Counted from the first letter of the stretch, positions 1-13,526 are shown. The stretch: 64,000 bases of DNA from an uncultured delta proteobacterium (GCA_963841435.1 CAWJCS010000003.1:512001-576000); one strand, 5' to 3'. The notes: generated by a model not told the origin, from the letters alone. Made by a program: numbers and translations.

Positions 1-564
1 GGTAACGAGGGCCGACCGGGAGCAGACGCGGCGAACCCGCGCGCGCCGAATCCCTTCGGGCACATCGTGCGCATCGCGGAGCGCTCGGGGGACTGGGACG
101 ACACGCGCTTCGATTGGGAGATTTTCGTTGACTGCGGAGACCCCGCGAGCCCCGATCCGGCGAAGCGCGGCTCCGCTCGCGTGGCGTTCGCTTCGCCTGA
201 CGGGCTATATTGCGACGCCGCAGGCCGGGTATGGATCGAAACCGACGTCTCGACGGCGTCGCTCAACCGCGGCGAGTATGCGCCCTTCGGCAACAACCAG
301 TTGCTCGCGGCGGACCCCACGACCCGCGAGATCCGGCGCTTTCTCACCGGACCGACCGGCTGCGAGGTCACGGGGATCACGATGACGCCGGATGGCAGGG
401 CGATGTTCGTCAACATCCAGCATCCCGGAGAAACGGCGAACGACCGCAGCGATCCCGCGCGGCCGAAGGCGGTGAGCTCGTGGCCTGATGGCAAAAAGGG
501 GGGCAGACCGCGCTCGGCGACGATCGTCATCCAGAAGGATGACGGCGGCGTCATCGGTACGTAA
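1..564 (+). CDS. phoX: PhoX-family alkaline phosphatase, C-terminal part (starts upstream of window)
   Basis: Frame open from base 1 (AANPRAPNPFGHI); motifs FASPDGL, WIETD, GNNQLL, RRFLTGPTGCEVTG, FVNIQHPGE, PRSATIVI. Confidence 0.9.
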   Translation, partial: GNEGRPGADAANPRAPNPFGHIVRIAERSGDWDDTRFDWEIFVDCGDPASPDPAKRGSARVAFASPDGLYCDAAGRVWIETDVSTASLNRGEYAPFGNNQLLAADPTTREIRRFLTGPTGCEVTGITMTPDGRAMFVNIQHPGETANDRSDPARPKAVSSWPDGKKGGRPRSATIVIQKDDGGVIGT

Positions 565-845
565 GAGCACAGGCGTTTTCCGGGAGCCTGGTCTTTTCTC
601 GTAGATTTCAGGGGTCGTGATCGGCTCACGCCAAAGTCCCGCGGCGTGGTCGCGGCCGTCGCGAGCGCACATCGCGCGACGACGCGCTGCACGAGGCGGC
701 GGGGCCGCCGCAGCGTGCGATCGCCGCGGCCGCGACTCACCGTCAACCTGCGGAAACCGCCCGTTCACTTACCGCGTGAGTGCAGCCTGGGTGCATCACC
801 GGTGCGACGAACGCTTCGCACCGGCCGCGCTTGACCGGTCGGTAG

Positions 846-1958
<1,113 letters not shown>

Positions 1959-1989
1959 GCATCCGCTCGGCCACGGAGAAAAGAACAAA

Positions 1990-3192
1990 ATGGGCATGCT
2001 CGACGGCATTCGCCTCATCGACGACCTGCCGCTCGAGGGGCGGCGCGTCTTCATACGTGTCGATTTCAACGTTCCCCTCGACAAGGCGACCGGCAAGATC
2101 ACGGACGACGAGCGCATCCTCGCCTCCTTGCCGACGATCAAGAAGGCGATTGCCTCTGGTGCGCGGCTGATTCTGGCCTCGCATCTCGGGCGGCCCAAAG
2201 GTCAGCGCGCTGCAAAGTACAGCCTGGAACCGGTTGCGGCGCGCCTCAGCGAGCTCATCGAGAAGGACGTGACGCTGCCGGACGATTGCATCGGCGACGC
2301 CGCGAAGAAGGTCGTCGCCGATCTGCGTCCCGGCCAGGTGTGCCTGCTCGAGAACGTGCGCTTCCACGCCGAGGAAGAGAAGAACGACGAGGCTTTCGCG
2401 CGTGAGCTCGCGTCGCTCTGCGACACCTACGTGAACGACGCGTTCGGCTCCTCACACCGCGCGCACGCCTCCGTGTACGGCTTGGCGCGGCTCGTGAAGG
2501 ATCGCGGCATGGGCTACCTGTTGCGCGACGAGATCCAGGCGCTCGACCGCGTCGTGAACTCGCCCGAGCGGCCGTTCGTCGCGATTCTCGGCGGCGCCAA
2601 GGTCGCCGACAAGATCGCGGTGATCGAGGCGCTGCTCCAGAAGTGCGATGCGATCTGCATCGGCGGCGCCATGGCGAACACGCTGCTTGCAGCGCGGGGA
2701 GCCGACATGAAGTCGTCCTTGCTCGAGGCGGACTGGCTCGCGCGCGGGCGCACGCTGCTCGAGCAGGCGAAGACCAAGGGCGTCGATTTCGTGCTGCCGA
2801 CCGACGTGGTCGTGGCGCCTGGCACGGACGCAGCGACCGGCACCACGGTGGCCGCGAATAGCGTCCCCGACGGCAACATGGCCCTCGACGTCGGGCCAGA
2901 CACGGTCAAGGCGTTCGCCGAGCGCATCGCGAAGGCGAAGACGGTGTTCTGGAACGGCCCGATGGGCTTCTTCGAGAACGCGGCCTTCGCCGGTGGCACG
3001 AACGGCATCGCCCAGGCGCTCGCGGCCTCGGCGGGCTTCAGCGTCGTCGGCGGCGGCGACAGCGTCGCGGCCGTCAAGGCGGCGGGCAAGGCCGTCCTCG
3101 ACAAGATCGGGTTCATCTCCACGGGCGGCGGCGCGTCGCTCGAGCTCGTGGAAGGCAAGAAGCTGCCGGGCGTGGAGGCGCTGCGCGCCTGA
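1990..3192 (+). CDS. pgk: Phosphoglycerate kinase
   Basis: [41 protein letters not shown]. Confidence 0.98.
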   Translation: MGMLDGIRLIDDLPLEGRRVFIRVDFNVPLDKATGKITDDERILASLPTIKKAIASGARLILASHLGRPKGQRAAKYSLEPVAARLSELIEKDVTLPDDCIGDAAKKVVADLRPGQVCLLENVRFHAEEEKNDEAFARELASLCDTYVNDAFGSSHRAHASVYGLARLVKDRGMGYLLRDEIQALDRVVNSPERPFVAILGGAKVADKIAVIEALLQKCDAICIGGAMANTLLAARGADMKSSLLEADWLARGRTLLEQAKTKGVDFVLPTDVVVAPGTDAATGTTVAANSVPDGNMALDVGPDTVKAFAERIAKAKTVFWNGPMGFFENAAFAGGTNGIAQALAASAGFSVVGGGDSVAAVKAAGKAVLDKIGFISTGGGASLELVEGKKLPGVEALRA

Positions 3193-3944
3193 TGCGCTCG
3201 TACGTCATCGCCGGCAACTGGAAGCTCAATGCGGGCGGCCCCGACGGCTGTGATCTCGCGGTGCGCGTGGCACAGGCGACCAAGGGCGTGAAGAACGCGA
3301 AGATCGTGGTGTCGCCGCCGTTCACGGCGCTCGCGGCCGTGAGCGCCGATCTCGCCGAGACGCACGTCGAGGTCGCGGGGCAGAACCTCTACCCGAAGGA
3401 CAGTGGCGCGTTCACCGGTGAGGTGAGCGCACCGATGCTCGTCGCGGCGGGCGCCAAATGGGTGATCTTGGGTCACAGCGAGCGCCGGCAATACTTCGCC
3501 GAAACCGACGCGTTCGTGTGCGAGAAGGTCGTCGCGGCGATGAAGGCGGGGCTCCGGCCCATCGCGTGCATCGGTGAAACGCTCGCGGAGCGCGAGGCGA
3601 AACAGACGCTCGACGTCGTGTTCCGCCAGCTCGACGCGATCACGGCCGAGCTCGCGAAGAAGCCCGGCTTCGCCGTGATCGCCTACGAGCCCGTCTGGGC
3701 CATCGGCACCGGCAAGGTGGCGACGACCGAGCAGGCGCAAGAGGTGCACGCCGCCATTCGCGGTCGGCTGAAGAGCGTCTCGGCGGAGCTCGCCGACGAG
3801 ACGGCGGTGCTCTACGGCGGTAGCGTCAAGGCGGACAACGCCGCGGGGCTGCTCGCCTGCGCCGACATCGACGGCGCTCTCGTGGGCGGCGCTGCGCTCG
3901 ACGCCGACGGTTTCGCCAAGATCGCAAAAGCCGTTCCGGGCTGA
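3192..3944 (+). CDS. tpiA: Triosephosphate isomerase
   Basis: AGNWK, GHSERR, AYEPVWAIGTG, LYGGSV. Confidence 0.98.
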   Translation: MRSYVIAGNWKLNAGGPDGCDLAVRVAQATKGVKNAKIVVSPPFTALAAVSADLAETHVEVAGQNLYPKDSGAFTGEVSAPMLVAAGAKWVILGHSERRQYFAETDAFVCEKVVAAMKAGLRPIACIGETLAEREAKQTLDVVFRQLDAITAELAKKPGFAVIAYEPVWAIGTGKVATTEQAQEVHAAIRGRLKSVSAELADETAVLYGGSVKADNAAGLLACADIDGALVGGAALDADGFAKIAKAVPG

Positions 3945-3948
3945 CGCG

Positions 3949-4326
3949 ATGCCGAACGGCACCGAAACGCAGCCGGACCGCTGTGGCAGCTGCCACGGCA
4001 CGGGCGAGCTCGGGAGCGAGTTCGGTCTCGCGAGCTGCCCCGACTGCGGCGGTGCGGGCTACCTGCCCTCGCCCCACGTCCGCGTCGAATGGCGCGCGCG
4101 CGACATCGAGCGCGCTCACGCCGGCGAACCGACGCCCGTGGGGCGCGACGTGCGGTTTCTGCTCGCCGAGCTCAGGCGCGCCCGCGACGCGCTGACGGAG
4201 ATCACGGCGCTCGCCCAGGAGCTCGAGGGCGAAAATCCGATCCTCGAGCGCCTGCGCTTTACGGCCAGCCAGGCCCTCCGGCTGTACCCGCTCGTGGAAG
4301 GCCCGGCGAGGCGCTCGGAGCGCTGA
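3949..4326 (+). CDS. Small protein with DnaJ-type Zn-finger repeats and a helical C-terminus
   Basis: CGSCHGTG and CPDCGGAG (two CxxCxGxG repeats); starts 4 bp after the tpiA stop. Confidence 0.7.
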   Translation: MPNGTETQPDRCGSCHGTGELGSEFGLASCPDCGGAGYLPSPHVRVEWRARDIERAHAGEPTPVGRDVRFLLAELRRARDALTEITALAQELEGENPILERLRFTASQALRLYPLVEGPARRSER

Positions 4327-4419
4327 TCCTCGCGGAAAGCGCTCCCAGACAGCTCGTTTTCCCCTGGCGGCCGGCGCCTGGCGCTCGAGCCCACGGCGGG
4401 CTAGAACGCTGCCCTGCCG

Positions 4420-4752
4420 ATGGCCGAGATCCTCCATACCCCGCTCACGGTGCTGCACGTCGTCGCGTGCGCGTTCCTGATCCTGGTGATCCTGATCCAG
4501 CCCGGAAAGAGCGGCGGCATGGGCATCTTCGGAGCCGCGGGCGCTCAGCAGGTCTTCGGCGGTCGGGGTGCCGGTAACTTTTTGACGAAGACCACCTGGG
4601 CAACCGCCGCAGTGTTCTTCGCCACGAGCATCACGCTCGCCTACCTGTCGTCGTCCACGGACGAGGGGCTCGCCGAGCGCGCGAAGGCGATGCAGCAGGC
4701 AAAGAAGCGCCCGTTCGAGCTGCCACCAGCGAGCCCGGCGAGCTCGAAGTGA
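4420..4752 (+). CDS. secG: Preprotein translocase subunit SecG
   Basis: Two TM helices, ILIQPGKSGGMG..FG, NFLTKTTW; usual position after tpiA. Confidence 0.93.
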   Translation: MAEILHTPLTVLHVVACAFLILVILIQPGKSGGMGIFGAAGAQQVFGGRGAGNFLTKTTWATAAVFFATSITLAYLSSSTDEGLAERAKAMQQAKKRPFELPPASPASSK

Positions 4753-6155
4753 GCTCGGGCTCGCGGGTCGACGCCCTCTGCGTCGGCGCCGCGAAGCTCG
4801 CGGTGTCCCTCGGCGTGCTCGCGCTCGGCTTCAGCGCGGTGAGCGACGACGACTACGCACGCGTCGGCATCGCGCAACGCTTCGCCGAGACGCCGCACCT
4901 CGATCCGAGCGGCACGAGCTGGCTGCCCTTGCCCTTCTGGGCATACGGCGCGGCGTTGCGCGCGTTCGGCACGGGGCTCGGCGTGGCGAGAGCGACGGCG
5001 CTCGTTCTCTCCGCGGCCGGCATGATGGCACTGTGGACGGCGGCACGCTGGGTCGGCGCGAGCCGCGCCGGCGCCGTGCTCGCGGCGCTCGTCGCAGCGG
5101 CATTTCCCTGGTCGGCATGGCTCGGCGCCGCCACCGTGCCGGAGGTCCCCGCGGCGGGGCTCATCGTGCTCGGGCTCGCAGCGCTCGCGAAGCACGAACC
5201 GCGCGTTCGCTTGCTCGGCGCGGCCGCGCTCGCCGCGGCCTGCCTGTGCCGCTACGAGGCCTGGCCCGTCGCCGCAGCGTTTGCCCTGTTCTCGGCCGGG
5301 GACGCCTACCGCGCCCGCTCGTCGGTGCACGCTCTCGCCGCCACGATCGCGATCTCGACGATGCTCTTTTGGACCGCCCACGGAGCGCTCGCCCACGGTG
5401 ACCCGCTGTTCTTCGTGCGGCGCGTCACCGCGTACCGCGACGCGCTCGGCGGCGGGGCGCCGTTCGCGAGGCGCGCCGCCGGTCCCGTGATCGCACTGTT
5501 CGGCGAGGCTCCCGAGATCTCGGTGAGCGCCCTCGTCACGCTCGCGCTCGCCCGTCCGGTGCGAACGCTCGCGCGGCCGGCCATCGCCGCATCGTCACTG
5601 CTCGCGTTTCTCGTGGTCGGTGAAATCGGCGGGGGCGCACCCACGCACCACGCCGCGCGCGCCATACTTCCGATCTGGTATCTCGGAGCCGTCGCGATCG
5701 GCGAAGCCGCCGGCCGGCTTGCGTCATCGGCCGTTCTGCAGAGAGCCGCCTTCACGGTGCCGCTCGCGCTCGTCACGCTGGCAATCGTTACGCGCGCGCC
5801 ATTTCCCCGCGACTTCGTCGATCGGCGCGACGCGCTCGACATCGGGCAAAGGGCCAGCTCGCTTTCGGCGCCGGGGCTCTTCATCGACACCGCCGACTAC
5901 GGGTATCTCGCGGTGGCGGCGGCGTTCGGTCGTGCCTCACTCGCCGAGCCATTCGACGATCGCGACCCTCGGCACGGCGTGCGACCCGACCCGTTCCTCT
6001 CCCCCACGACTCTCCGCGCCCGTGTGCGAGCGCGCCCGGCGGCCTGGCTCGTCGTGACGCGCGCTCACCGCGCCGTCGCCGCCGCCCTCGGGCCCGTCCG
6101 CGCCGACAACGCCAAGTTCGCACTGATCGAGCCGACGGGCGCCGCCGAGCCATAG
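4749..6155 (+). CDS. Multi-pass membrane protein, GT-C (PMT/ArnT-like) glycosyltransferase
   Basis: DDD motif after TM1, WLPLPF, RYEAW, many TM helices; GTGA overlap with secG. Confidence 0.6.
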   Translation: MSSGSRVDALCVGAAKLAVSLGVLALGFSAVSDDDYARVGIAQRFAETPHLDPSGTSWLPLPFWAYGAALRAFGTGLGVARATALVLSAAGMMALWTAARWVGASRAGAVLAALVAAAFPWSAWLGAATVPEVPAAGLIVLGLAALAKHEPRVRLLGAAALAAACLCRYEAWPVAAAFALFSAGDAYRARSSVHALAATIAISTMLFWTAHGALAHGDPLFFVRRVTAYRDALGGGAPFARRAAGPVIALFGEAPEISVSALVTLALARPVRTLARPAIAASSLLAFLVVGEIGGGAPTHHAARAILPIWYLGAVAIGEAAGRLASSAVLQRAAFTVPLALVTLAIVTRAPFPRDFVDRRDALDIGQRASSLSAPGLFIDTADYGYLAVAAAFGRASLAEPFDDRDPRHGVRPDPFLSPTTLRARVRARPAAWLVVTRAHRAVAAALGPVRADNAKFALIEPTGAAEP

Positions 6156-6227
6156 GCAGCGCGACGAACGCCGTGACCGACGGCGGGAGCGTCGCCGAAG
6201 AGAACAACGGGGCGCGCACCTCGGCGC

Positions 6228-9200
6228 TCAGCGCTCGGAGCTCAGACCAGCGAGGTTCGCCACCATCGTCACGAGCTGCTCGGGCTCGACGGGCTTCGCA
6301 AGGTGCATCTGAAAGCCCGCGGCAAACGCCCGGCGCGCGTCCTCGCTGCGCGCGTACGCGCTGAGCGCCATGGCCGGTGTTCGCCCGCCGCGCGTCACGG
6401 GAAGCGCTCGGACGTGACGAATCAACGAGTAGCCGTCCTCGTGCGGCATGCTGAGGTCGCTGACGAGCACGTCGGGGCGGCCGATCTGCAGCTTGTCGAG
6501 CGCCTCGCGCGCCGAGCCGACGGCGTCAACGCGCGCACCGTGTCCGCGCAAGACCTCCGCGACCAGGCCGAGCGCGTCCTCGTCGTCGTCGACGAGCAGC
6601 AGATTGACACCCTCGAGGCGCGGCGCCGTGACGTACGATTGTGGCCGAGGGGTGAGCCGTGCACGGACGACGCGATCACCCGCGGCACCGACTGCCCTGA
6701 GGGGGAGCCACACCGTGAACCTCGCTCCGCTCCCGAGGCCCGGGCTCGTCACCTCGATGCTGCCACCGTGCGCCGCCACGAGCTGCTTGACGATGGCGAG
6801 CCCCAAGCCGAGCCCACCGTGGCGACGCGTGATCGACGTATCGGCCTGCTGGAAGGCCTCGAAGATTCGCGGCAGCGCCTCGGGAGCGATCCCCTCGCCC
6901 GTGTCCTCGACCGCGATGCGCACGCGCGATCCTTCCCCGTTCGCCTCGACGAGGACGCTGCCGCCCTTCGGCGTGAACTTGACGGCATTGGACAGGAGGT
7001 TCGAGACGATCTGCTGCACACGGTCCGCGTCGGCCAGGATCGTCAACCCACCGTCGGGCACGTCGGTCGAGAACACGATGTTCTTCGCTTCTGCCGTCGG
7101 CGTGGCCGTCTGGATCGCGGCAGCGATGGCATCGACCACGTTCGTCGTCGCGAGCGTGAGCGAGAGCTTGCCGCTGGCGATCCGCGATACGTCGAGGACG
7201 TCGTCGATGAGCTTGGCCTGGGTGCGGGCGTTGCGCTCGATCACGGCAAGCGCACGCTCGACCTCCTCGGGCACGCCGCGCCGGCGCAACGTGACGGCCC
7301 AGCCGAGGATCGAGCTGAGCGGCGTGCGAAGCTCGTGCGAAACGACGGCGAGAAAGTCGTCCTTCGCACGATTCGCAAGCTCGGCTTCCGTGCGCAGGCG
7401 GCCTTCGACCTCGCGCGCCCGCTCGACGGCTTGGAGCGCGAGCGCATTCTCGACGGCGATGGCCGCACGCCGGGCGAACTCCTCGGCGATGATGCGATCC
7501 TCGTCGGTGTAGCGCCGCCTCGACTCGGCATAGGCGAAGGTGATCGCGCCGAGTGTCCGGCCGCGCGCGCGCAGGGGCACGACGAGCGCCGATTCGAGCT
7601 CGAGCTGCCGCAGCAAACGGAGGTGCTCGGCATCGCGCGCCGCTGCCTCGATCATGGACGCCGGCACGTGCGGGTAGAGCTCCGAGTTGCCGCTCCGGAT
7701 CACCTCCGACGCCCCGGTGCGCGCGTTCGGATCACGGGGGTAGCGCTCCGCGAGCTTGCGCGCCAGCGCGAGCTTGCCGGGGTCCACGTGAGCCATCGCC
7801 GCCTGACGAGGAGCACGCCCGCTCGGCTCGAGCACGTCGATGACGCACCAATCCGCGATGGTCGGCACGGCGAGCTCGGCGATGGTCAAAAGCGTGACCT
7901 GGTAGTCGAGCGACGCCACGAGGGCCTCTCCCGCGGTCGCCAAAAAGTCGCGATGGGCGCGCTCCGCCTTTTCGCGGGTCACGTCGCGGAACACGAGGAC
8001 GACCCCGAACGCGTCACCAGCATCGTTGCGGATCGGAGCACCGCTATCCTCGATGGGGATCTCTCGGCCGCTCCGCGAGCGAAGCGCGATGTGGTTGGTG
8101 CGACCGAGGACGTCCCCGTCGCGCAGCACCCGCGCGACGGGGCTTTCGACGGGGACGTGGCCGTCCTCCGCGAAGACGACGAAGACCTCGCCGAGCGGAC
8201 GGCCGCGCGCCTCTTGTTCGGTGAATTCAGTGAGCTTTTCGGCGATGGGATTCATGAACGTCACGAGCCCCTCGCGGTCCGTCGCAATCACGGCTTCGCC
8301 GATGCTGCGCAGCGTGGTGGCGAGCCACCGCCGCACCTCGTCCTCCCGCTCGAGCCGCAGCACCCGGACGAGGGCCTGGCCGCACTGCTTGCTCAGCGTG
8401 TCAACCAACGTCCGATCCTCCTTCGAGAAACGCCGGGGCGCATAAAATCCCATGCCGACCAGGCCCACGGGGCGCGCCTCGACGATCAGCGGAACGCTCC
8501 AGAAGGCCTGCGCGCGCGGCGCCTCAGCCTCGATGTCCGCGAGCTCCGGAAGAGCGGCGCGGTAGTCGTCCGCGCCCTCGACCCACAGGGGCTCACCCGA
8601 CTTGAGGGTCGCGAAGGCCGACGGAAGGGCCGCGTCGTCCTCGATGCGAACGATCCTCTCGACGACCACCCGCGCCACGCCTCGATGCCCAATGAGCTCG
8701 AGAGTCTCGCCACGCTCGTCCAGCAAGTGCAGCGTGGCCGTGTCGGCTTCCGCGGCACGCATGCCCTGCTCGAGCACCACCGCGGCAACCTGGGAGCGCG
8801 TTCGCGCCCCCGACAGCGCGACGGCGACTTCCGATAGTGCTCTCAGACGACGGCGACTGCTCCGCTCGAGCTCGTCGAGAAACTCCGCGCGCCGACGCTG
8901 CGAGCGCCAGGAGAAGACCAACAGGCCCATCGACGCGAGCGCGAGAGCAAGCGCAGCGGAAAGCGTCAATGCCGCTCGCGACTGCGCCATCGAGCGCCGC
9001 TCGGCGAGCAATCGCTCTTCCTCGGCGCGGAGCCTCGACCAGTCCTCGCGGAAGGCCTCGATGAGCCCGTTCGTCCGCCCCGACTTCACGCCGAGGACGG
9101 CATCCGATCCGTGCAAGGTCGCCACCAGCGACACAATCTCGTCGAGGCCACGAACGGCAGCCAACGCGTTCCGATCCGCCTCCTCCACGGTCCGAAGCTG

Positions 9201-9515
9201 ACCGGCATTGTCGGTCACGAGTCGCCGCACCCGGGCGGCGGCGGCGCGCTCTCGCGCCACGGCGTCGCGGTACGGCTTGAGGAACTCGCGATCTTCGGAA
9301 AGGATGTAGCCGCGCTCCGCGACCTGGGCGTCGAGCAGCGCCAGCAGCCAGGCGTCAACCTCCCGCCCCACTTCGAGGGTGTGATTCACCCAACGCGTAG
9401 CGGCAACGTACGAGCCGAAAGCGGCCGCGCAGAGGGCGATGACGACGGCGAGACCGACGGCGGCGACGCGAAAGACGAAGTCGTCACCTTTGACGTATTT
9501 GGCCGCCTTGACCAC
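6228..9515 (-). CDS. Hybrid sensor kinase (CHASE3-GAF-PAS-GAF-HisKA-HATPase-REC)
   Basis: WVNHT..ERGYIL (CHASE3), H-box SHELRTPL, NAVKFT, DTGEGI, GGLGLGL, C-terminal receiver LVSDLSMP. Confidence 0.92.
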   Translation of the reverse strand: MVKAAKYVKGDDFVFRVAAVGLAVVIALCAAAFGSYVAATRWVNHTLEVGREVDAWLLALLDAQVAERGYILSEDREFLKPYRDAVARERAAAARVRRLVTDNAGQLRTVEEADRNALAAVRGLDEIVSLVATLHGSDAVLGVKSGRTNGLIEAFREDWSRLRAEEERLLAERRSMAQSRAALTLSAALALALASMGLLVFSWRSQRRRAEFLDELERSSRRRLRALSEVAVALSGARTRSQVAAVVLEQGMRAAEADTATLHLLDERGETLELIGHRGVARVVVERIVRIEDDAALPSAFATLKSGEPLWVEGADDYRAALPELADIEAEAPRAQAFWSVPLIVEARPVGLVGMGFYAPRRFSKEDRTLVDTLSKQCGQALVRVLRLEREDEVRRWLATTLRSIGEAVIATDREGLVTFMNPIAEKLTEFTEQEARGRPLGEVFVVFAEDGHVPVESPVARVLRDGDVLGRTNHIALRSRSGREIPIEDSGAPIRNDAGDAFGVVLVFRDVTREKAERAHRDFLATAGEALVASLDYQVTLLTIAELAVPTIADWCVIDVLEPSGRAPRQAAMAHVDPGKLALARKLAERYPRDPNARTGASEVIRSGNSELYPHVPASMIEAAARDAEHLRLLRQLELESALVVPLRARGRTLGAITFAYAESRRRYTDEDRIIAEEFARRAAIAVENALALQAVERAREVEGRLRTEAELANRAKDDFLAVVSHELRTPLSSILGWAVTLRRRGVPEEVERALAVIERNARTQAKLIDDVLDVSRIASGKLSLTLATTNVVDAIAAAIQTATPTAEAKNIVFSTDVPDGGLTILADADRVQQIVSNLLSNAVKFTPKGGSVLVEANGEGSRVRIAVEDTGEGIAPEALPRIFEAFQQADTSITRRHGGLGLGLAIVKQLVAAHGGSIEVTSPGLGSGARFTVWLPLRAVGAAGDRVVRARLTPRPQSYVTAPRLEGVNLLLVDDDEDALGLVAEVLRGHGARVDAVGSAREALDKLQIGRPDVLVSDLSMPHEDGYSLIRHVRALPVTRGGRTPAMALSAYARSEDARRAFAAGFQMHLAKPVEPEQLVTMVANLAGLSSER

Positions 9516-9526
9516 GCACCATGCGG

Positions 9527-9895
9527 TTATCCGCTCGACGAGCTCAGCGCAAGTGTCGGCTCGCGCGCAGGGGTCGATTCGGGGCTCGCCCGCTCGTAGC
9601 GCGACAAATTTGCCTCACCGACGACGACTGCTGCGGCGTCGCTTTCCCTCTTCGCGTTGCGAGCCGTCGACGGGACGTTCTCGCGGCCGAAGCGATCGCG
9701 CTCTCCGAACGCTCCCGCACCTTGCATCACGAGCACGAAGCCGATGAACGGCAGGAAGGGGAAAAGAAACATGGCAACGAGCAAGAAGGCGCCGGTCGCG
9801 CCGGCCAGAATCATCGAACCCGCGACGGTCCAATACATGACCGAGACGAGCTTCGCTGCCGCCTTTCGACGGCGAATGGAGTTGGACGTTTTCAT
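9527..9895 (-). CDS. Hypothetical small membrane protein
   Basis: ATG 9895; basic N-terminus followed by two hydrophobic segments; ends 11 bp before the kinase start. Confidence 0.55.
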   Translation of the reverse strand: MKTSNSIRRRKAAAKLVSVMYWTVAGSMILAGATGAFLLVAMFLFPFLPFIGFVLVMQGAGAFGERDRFGRENVPSTARNAKRESDAAAVVVGEANLSRYERASPESTPAREPTLALSSSSG

Positions 9896-9907
9896 GGCAC
9901 GCGTCCA

Positions 9908-9925
9908 TTGCAGTGCTCGTGCCAA
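9908..9925 (-). promoter_or_regulatory. Sigma54 -24/-12 promoter
   Basis: TTGGCACGAGCACTGCAA (GG-N10-GC) directly upstream of ATG 9895. Confidence 0.75.
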
Positions 9926-10066
9926 GGCCGAAACAGAGTCCTTTCGCCACCTTGGCCGTCGCGTCGCGCGGACGTTCGTCCGCCGACACGAGGAGTGTCC
10001 GACTCTTCGATGATCGCGCCGAGCGCTCGGCACGTCGCGTTGAAGTGAGAAGCGCTTCGCGCCGCG

Positions 10067-10102
10067 AAAAAAAAGCGCGAGCGCAACGACGGCGCCCGCG
10101 CC
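10067..10102 (-). terminator. Intrinsic terminator of the RRM gene
   Basis: Minus strand GGCGCGGGCGC-cgtcgtt-GCGCTCGCGC followed by T8. Confidence 0.75.
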
Positions 10103-10134
10103 TTCCTTTCGAATTGTGGATGCGAGGTCCCGGC

Positions 10135-10554
10135 TCAGAACCGGTCGCGACGCCCGCCACCTCGACGGCGGTCGCCGTCGTCGCCGCCACCGCCGCCGCC
10201 GCCGCCCCAGCCGCCGCCGCGGTCACCACCGCCGCCGCGTCCACCGAAGCGACGCGCACCGCCGCCGCCGCCGCCACCACGACTCGGCCGTGGTCCGCCA
10301 CCGCCGCCCGCCTGGCGCTCGCGCGCCTCGTTGACCACGATCTCGCGACCATCCAGCGAAGCGCCGTTCATCCCGTTGATCGCGCCCGAGCCCTCTTCCG
10401 GCGTCGAAAACTCGACGAAGCCGAAGCCGCGGGAACGCCCGCTCACGCGGTCGATCACCACGAGTGCCGAGGTCACGTTGCCGAACTTGCCAAACTCACT
10501 TCTCAGCGTGTCCTCGGTCGTCGAGTACGCCAGATTACCCACGTACAGTCTCAT
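10135..10554 (-). CDS. RRM RNA-binding protein with Gly/Arg-rich tail
   Basis: RNP2 LYVGNL, RNP1 RGFGFVEF, VVNEAR. Confidence 0.95.
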   Translation of the reverse strand: MRLYVGNLAYSTTEDTLRSEFGKFGNVTSALVVIDRVSGRSRGFGFVEFSTPEEGSGAINGMNGASLDGREIVVNEARERQAGGGGGPRPSRGGGGGGGARRFGGRGGGGDRGGGWGGGGGGGGDDGDRRRGGGRRDRF

Positions 10555-10882
10555 TTCGAACTCCAGATCCAGCAGCGTCTTCTACGGCCCTTGAACGAAC
10601 GCTCGACGCTCGACGCTCACTGCCGCGCCCACTCCAAGCAGGGGTCGCGCCACGCAGAACTAAACAGCATCGGTCTCATCAACGGACAAACTTTGCTAGA
10701 TCTGGCGAAGGGCGTTGCGAGAATAACACTGCCACCCTCCGCCGACCATGGGCACCCCCTTTTCGGTAAGGCCCCAGTATTTTCAGTCGGAGCGTCGGAG
10801 GTCGGCCCGCCGGCCTCCCCGAAACCAGCTGATTCAACAGGGAATTTCTACTTGTTTGGCTAGCCCCGGTACGATGCATCCG

Positions 10883-11188
10883 ATGTTCGGTCTGGCTGGA
10901 CGCCGGGTAGCCGAGGGCTTGGTGGCGCTCTTTGCGCTGCTCGGGTTCACCTTGGTTCCGCTCGGGCGAAAGACCGCGCTCGAGCACGCCCGGGAAATCT
11001 TCACGACACCGGCCGCGCTGAGCGCCTGGCACGAGCTCGGCGGCGCGGCAGCTCGCCTGCGCGACAAGCTACAGGGCGTGCTCATGCCGGCCATGGCACC
11101 CGAAAACGAGCCCGACCGCGCGGCGGGCACGGCACCGGAGCCCGAGCTCCCGCCGCTACCGCGCCACCATCACGAAAACTCCGAGTAG
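10883..11188 (+). CDS. Hypothetical membrane-anchored protein
   Basis: One hydrophobic helix; -10-like TACGAT 7 nt before ATG 10883; start uncertain. Confidence 0.5.
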   Translation: MFGLAGRRVAEGLVALFALLGFTLVPLGRKTALEHAREIFTTPAALSAWHELGGAAARLRDKLQGVLMPAMAPENEPDRAAGTAPEPELPPLPRHHHENSE

Positions 11189-11253
11189 CGTCGCGTCACG
11201 GCGAAGCACGGAGTCGCGTCGGCGCACGAGATCGAGCAACCCCCGGGCAGCGA

Positions 11254-11600
11254 TCAGCGCGCCGGACGCTCTTCGGCGGGGTGCTCGTTGTAGTAGGCGT
11301 CGAGGCTCTCCTTCGAGATGCGCACGGCCACGAGCCCATCGCCCGTGATGTGCGCCTGGCAACCGAGGCGCGAGCTCATCTGCACGTCGAACGCCTTGTC
11401 GAGAATGTCCTCCTCGTCCTCGCTTGCCTCACTCAGCAAATCAGCGCCCTCGTCGACGTAGACGTGGCACGTGGAGCACGCGCACACGCCACCGCAAGCG
11501 CTGCCCTCGGGCGCCCCGGCTTTTTGCGCGGCCTGGAGGATGGATGTGCCGACGGGCACCTCGACCTCGCGATCTTGAGGTAAAAACCGCACCTTGGGCA

Positions 11601-11601
<1 letters not shown>
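11254..11601 (-). CDS. fdx: ISC-type [2Fe-2S] ferredoxin
   Basis: CGGVCACSTCH...SRLGCQ; last gene of the isc operon. Confidence 0.93.

Positions 11602-13525
<1,924 letters not shown>

Positions 13526-13526
<1 letters not shown>

Noticed and set aside
3982-4005. CGSCH as a heme c motif
   Set aside because: Part of a CxxCxGxG Zn-finger repeat, and the protein has no export signal.
4752-4850. tRNA-Leu often found after secG
   Set aside because: The next CDS overlaps the secG stop; no cloverleaf or T-loop seen.
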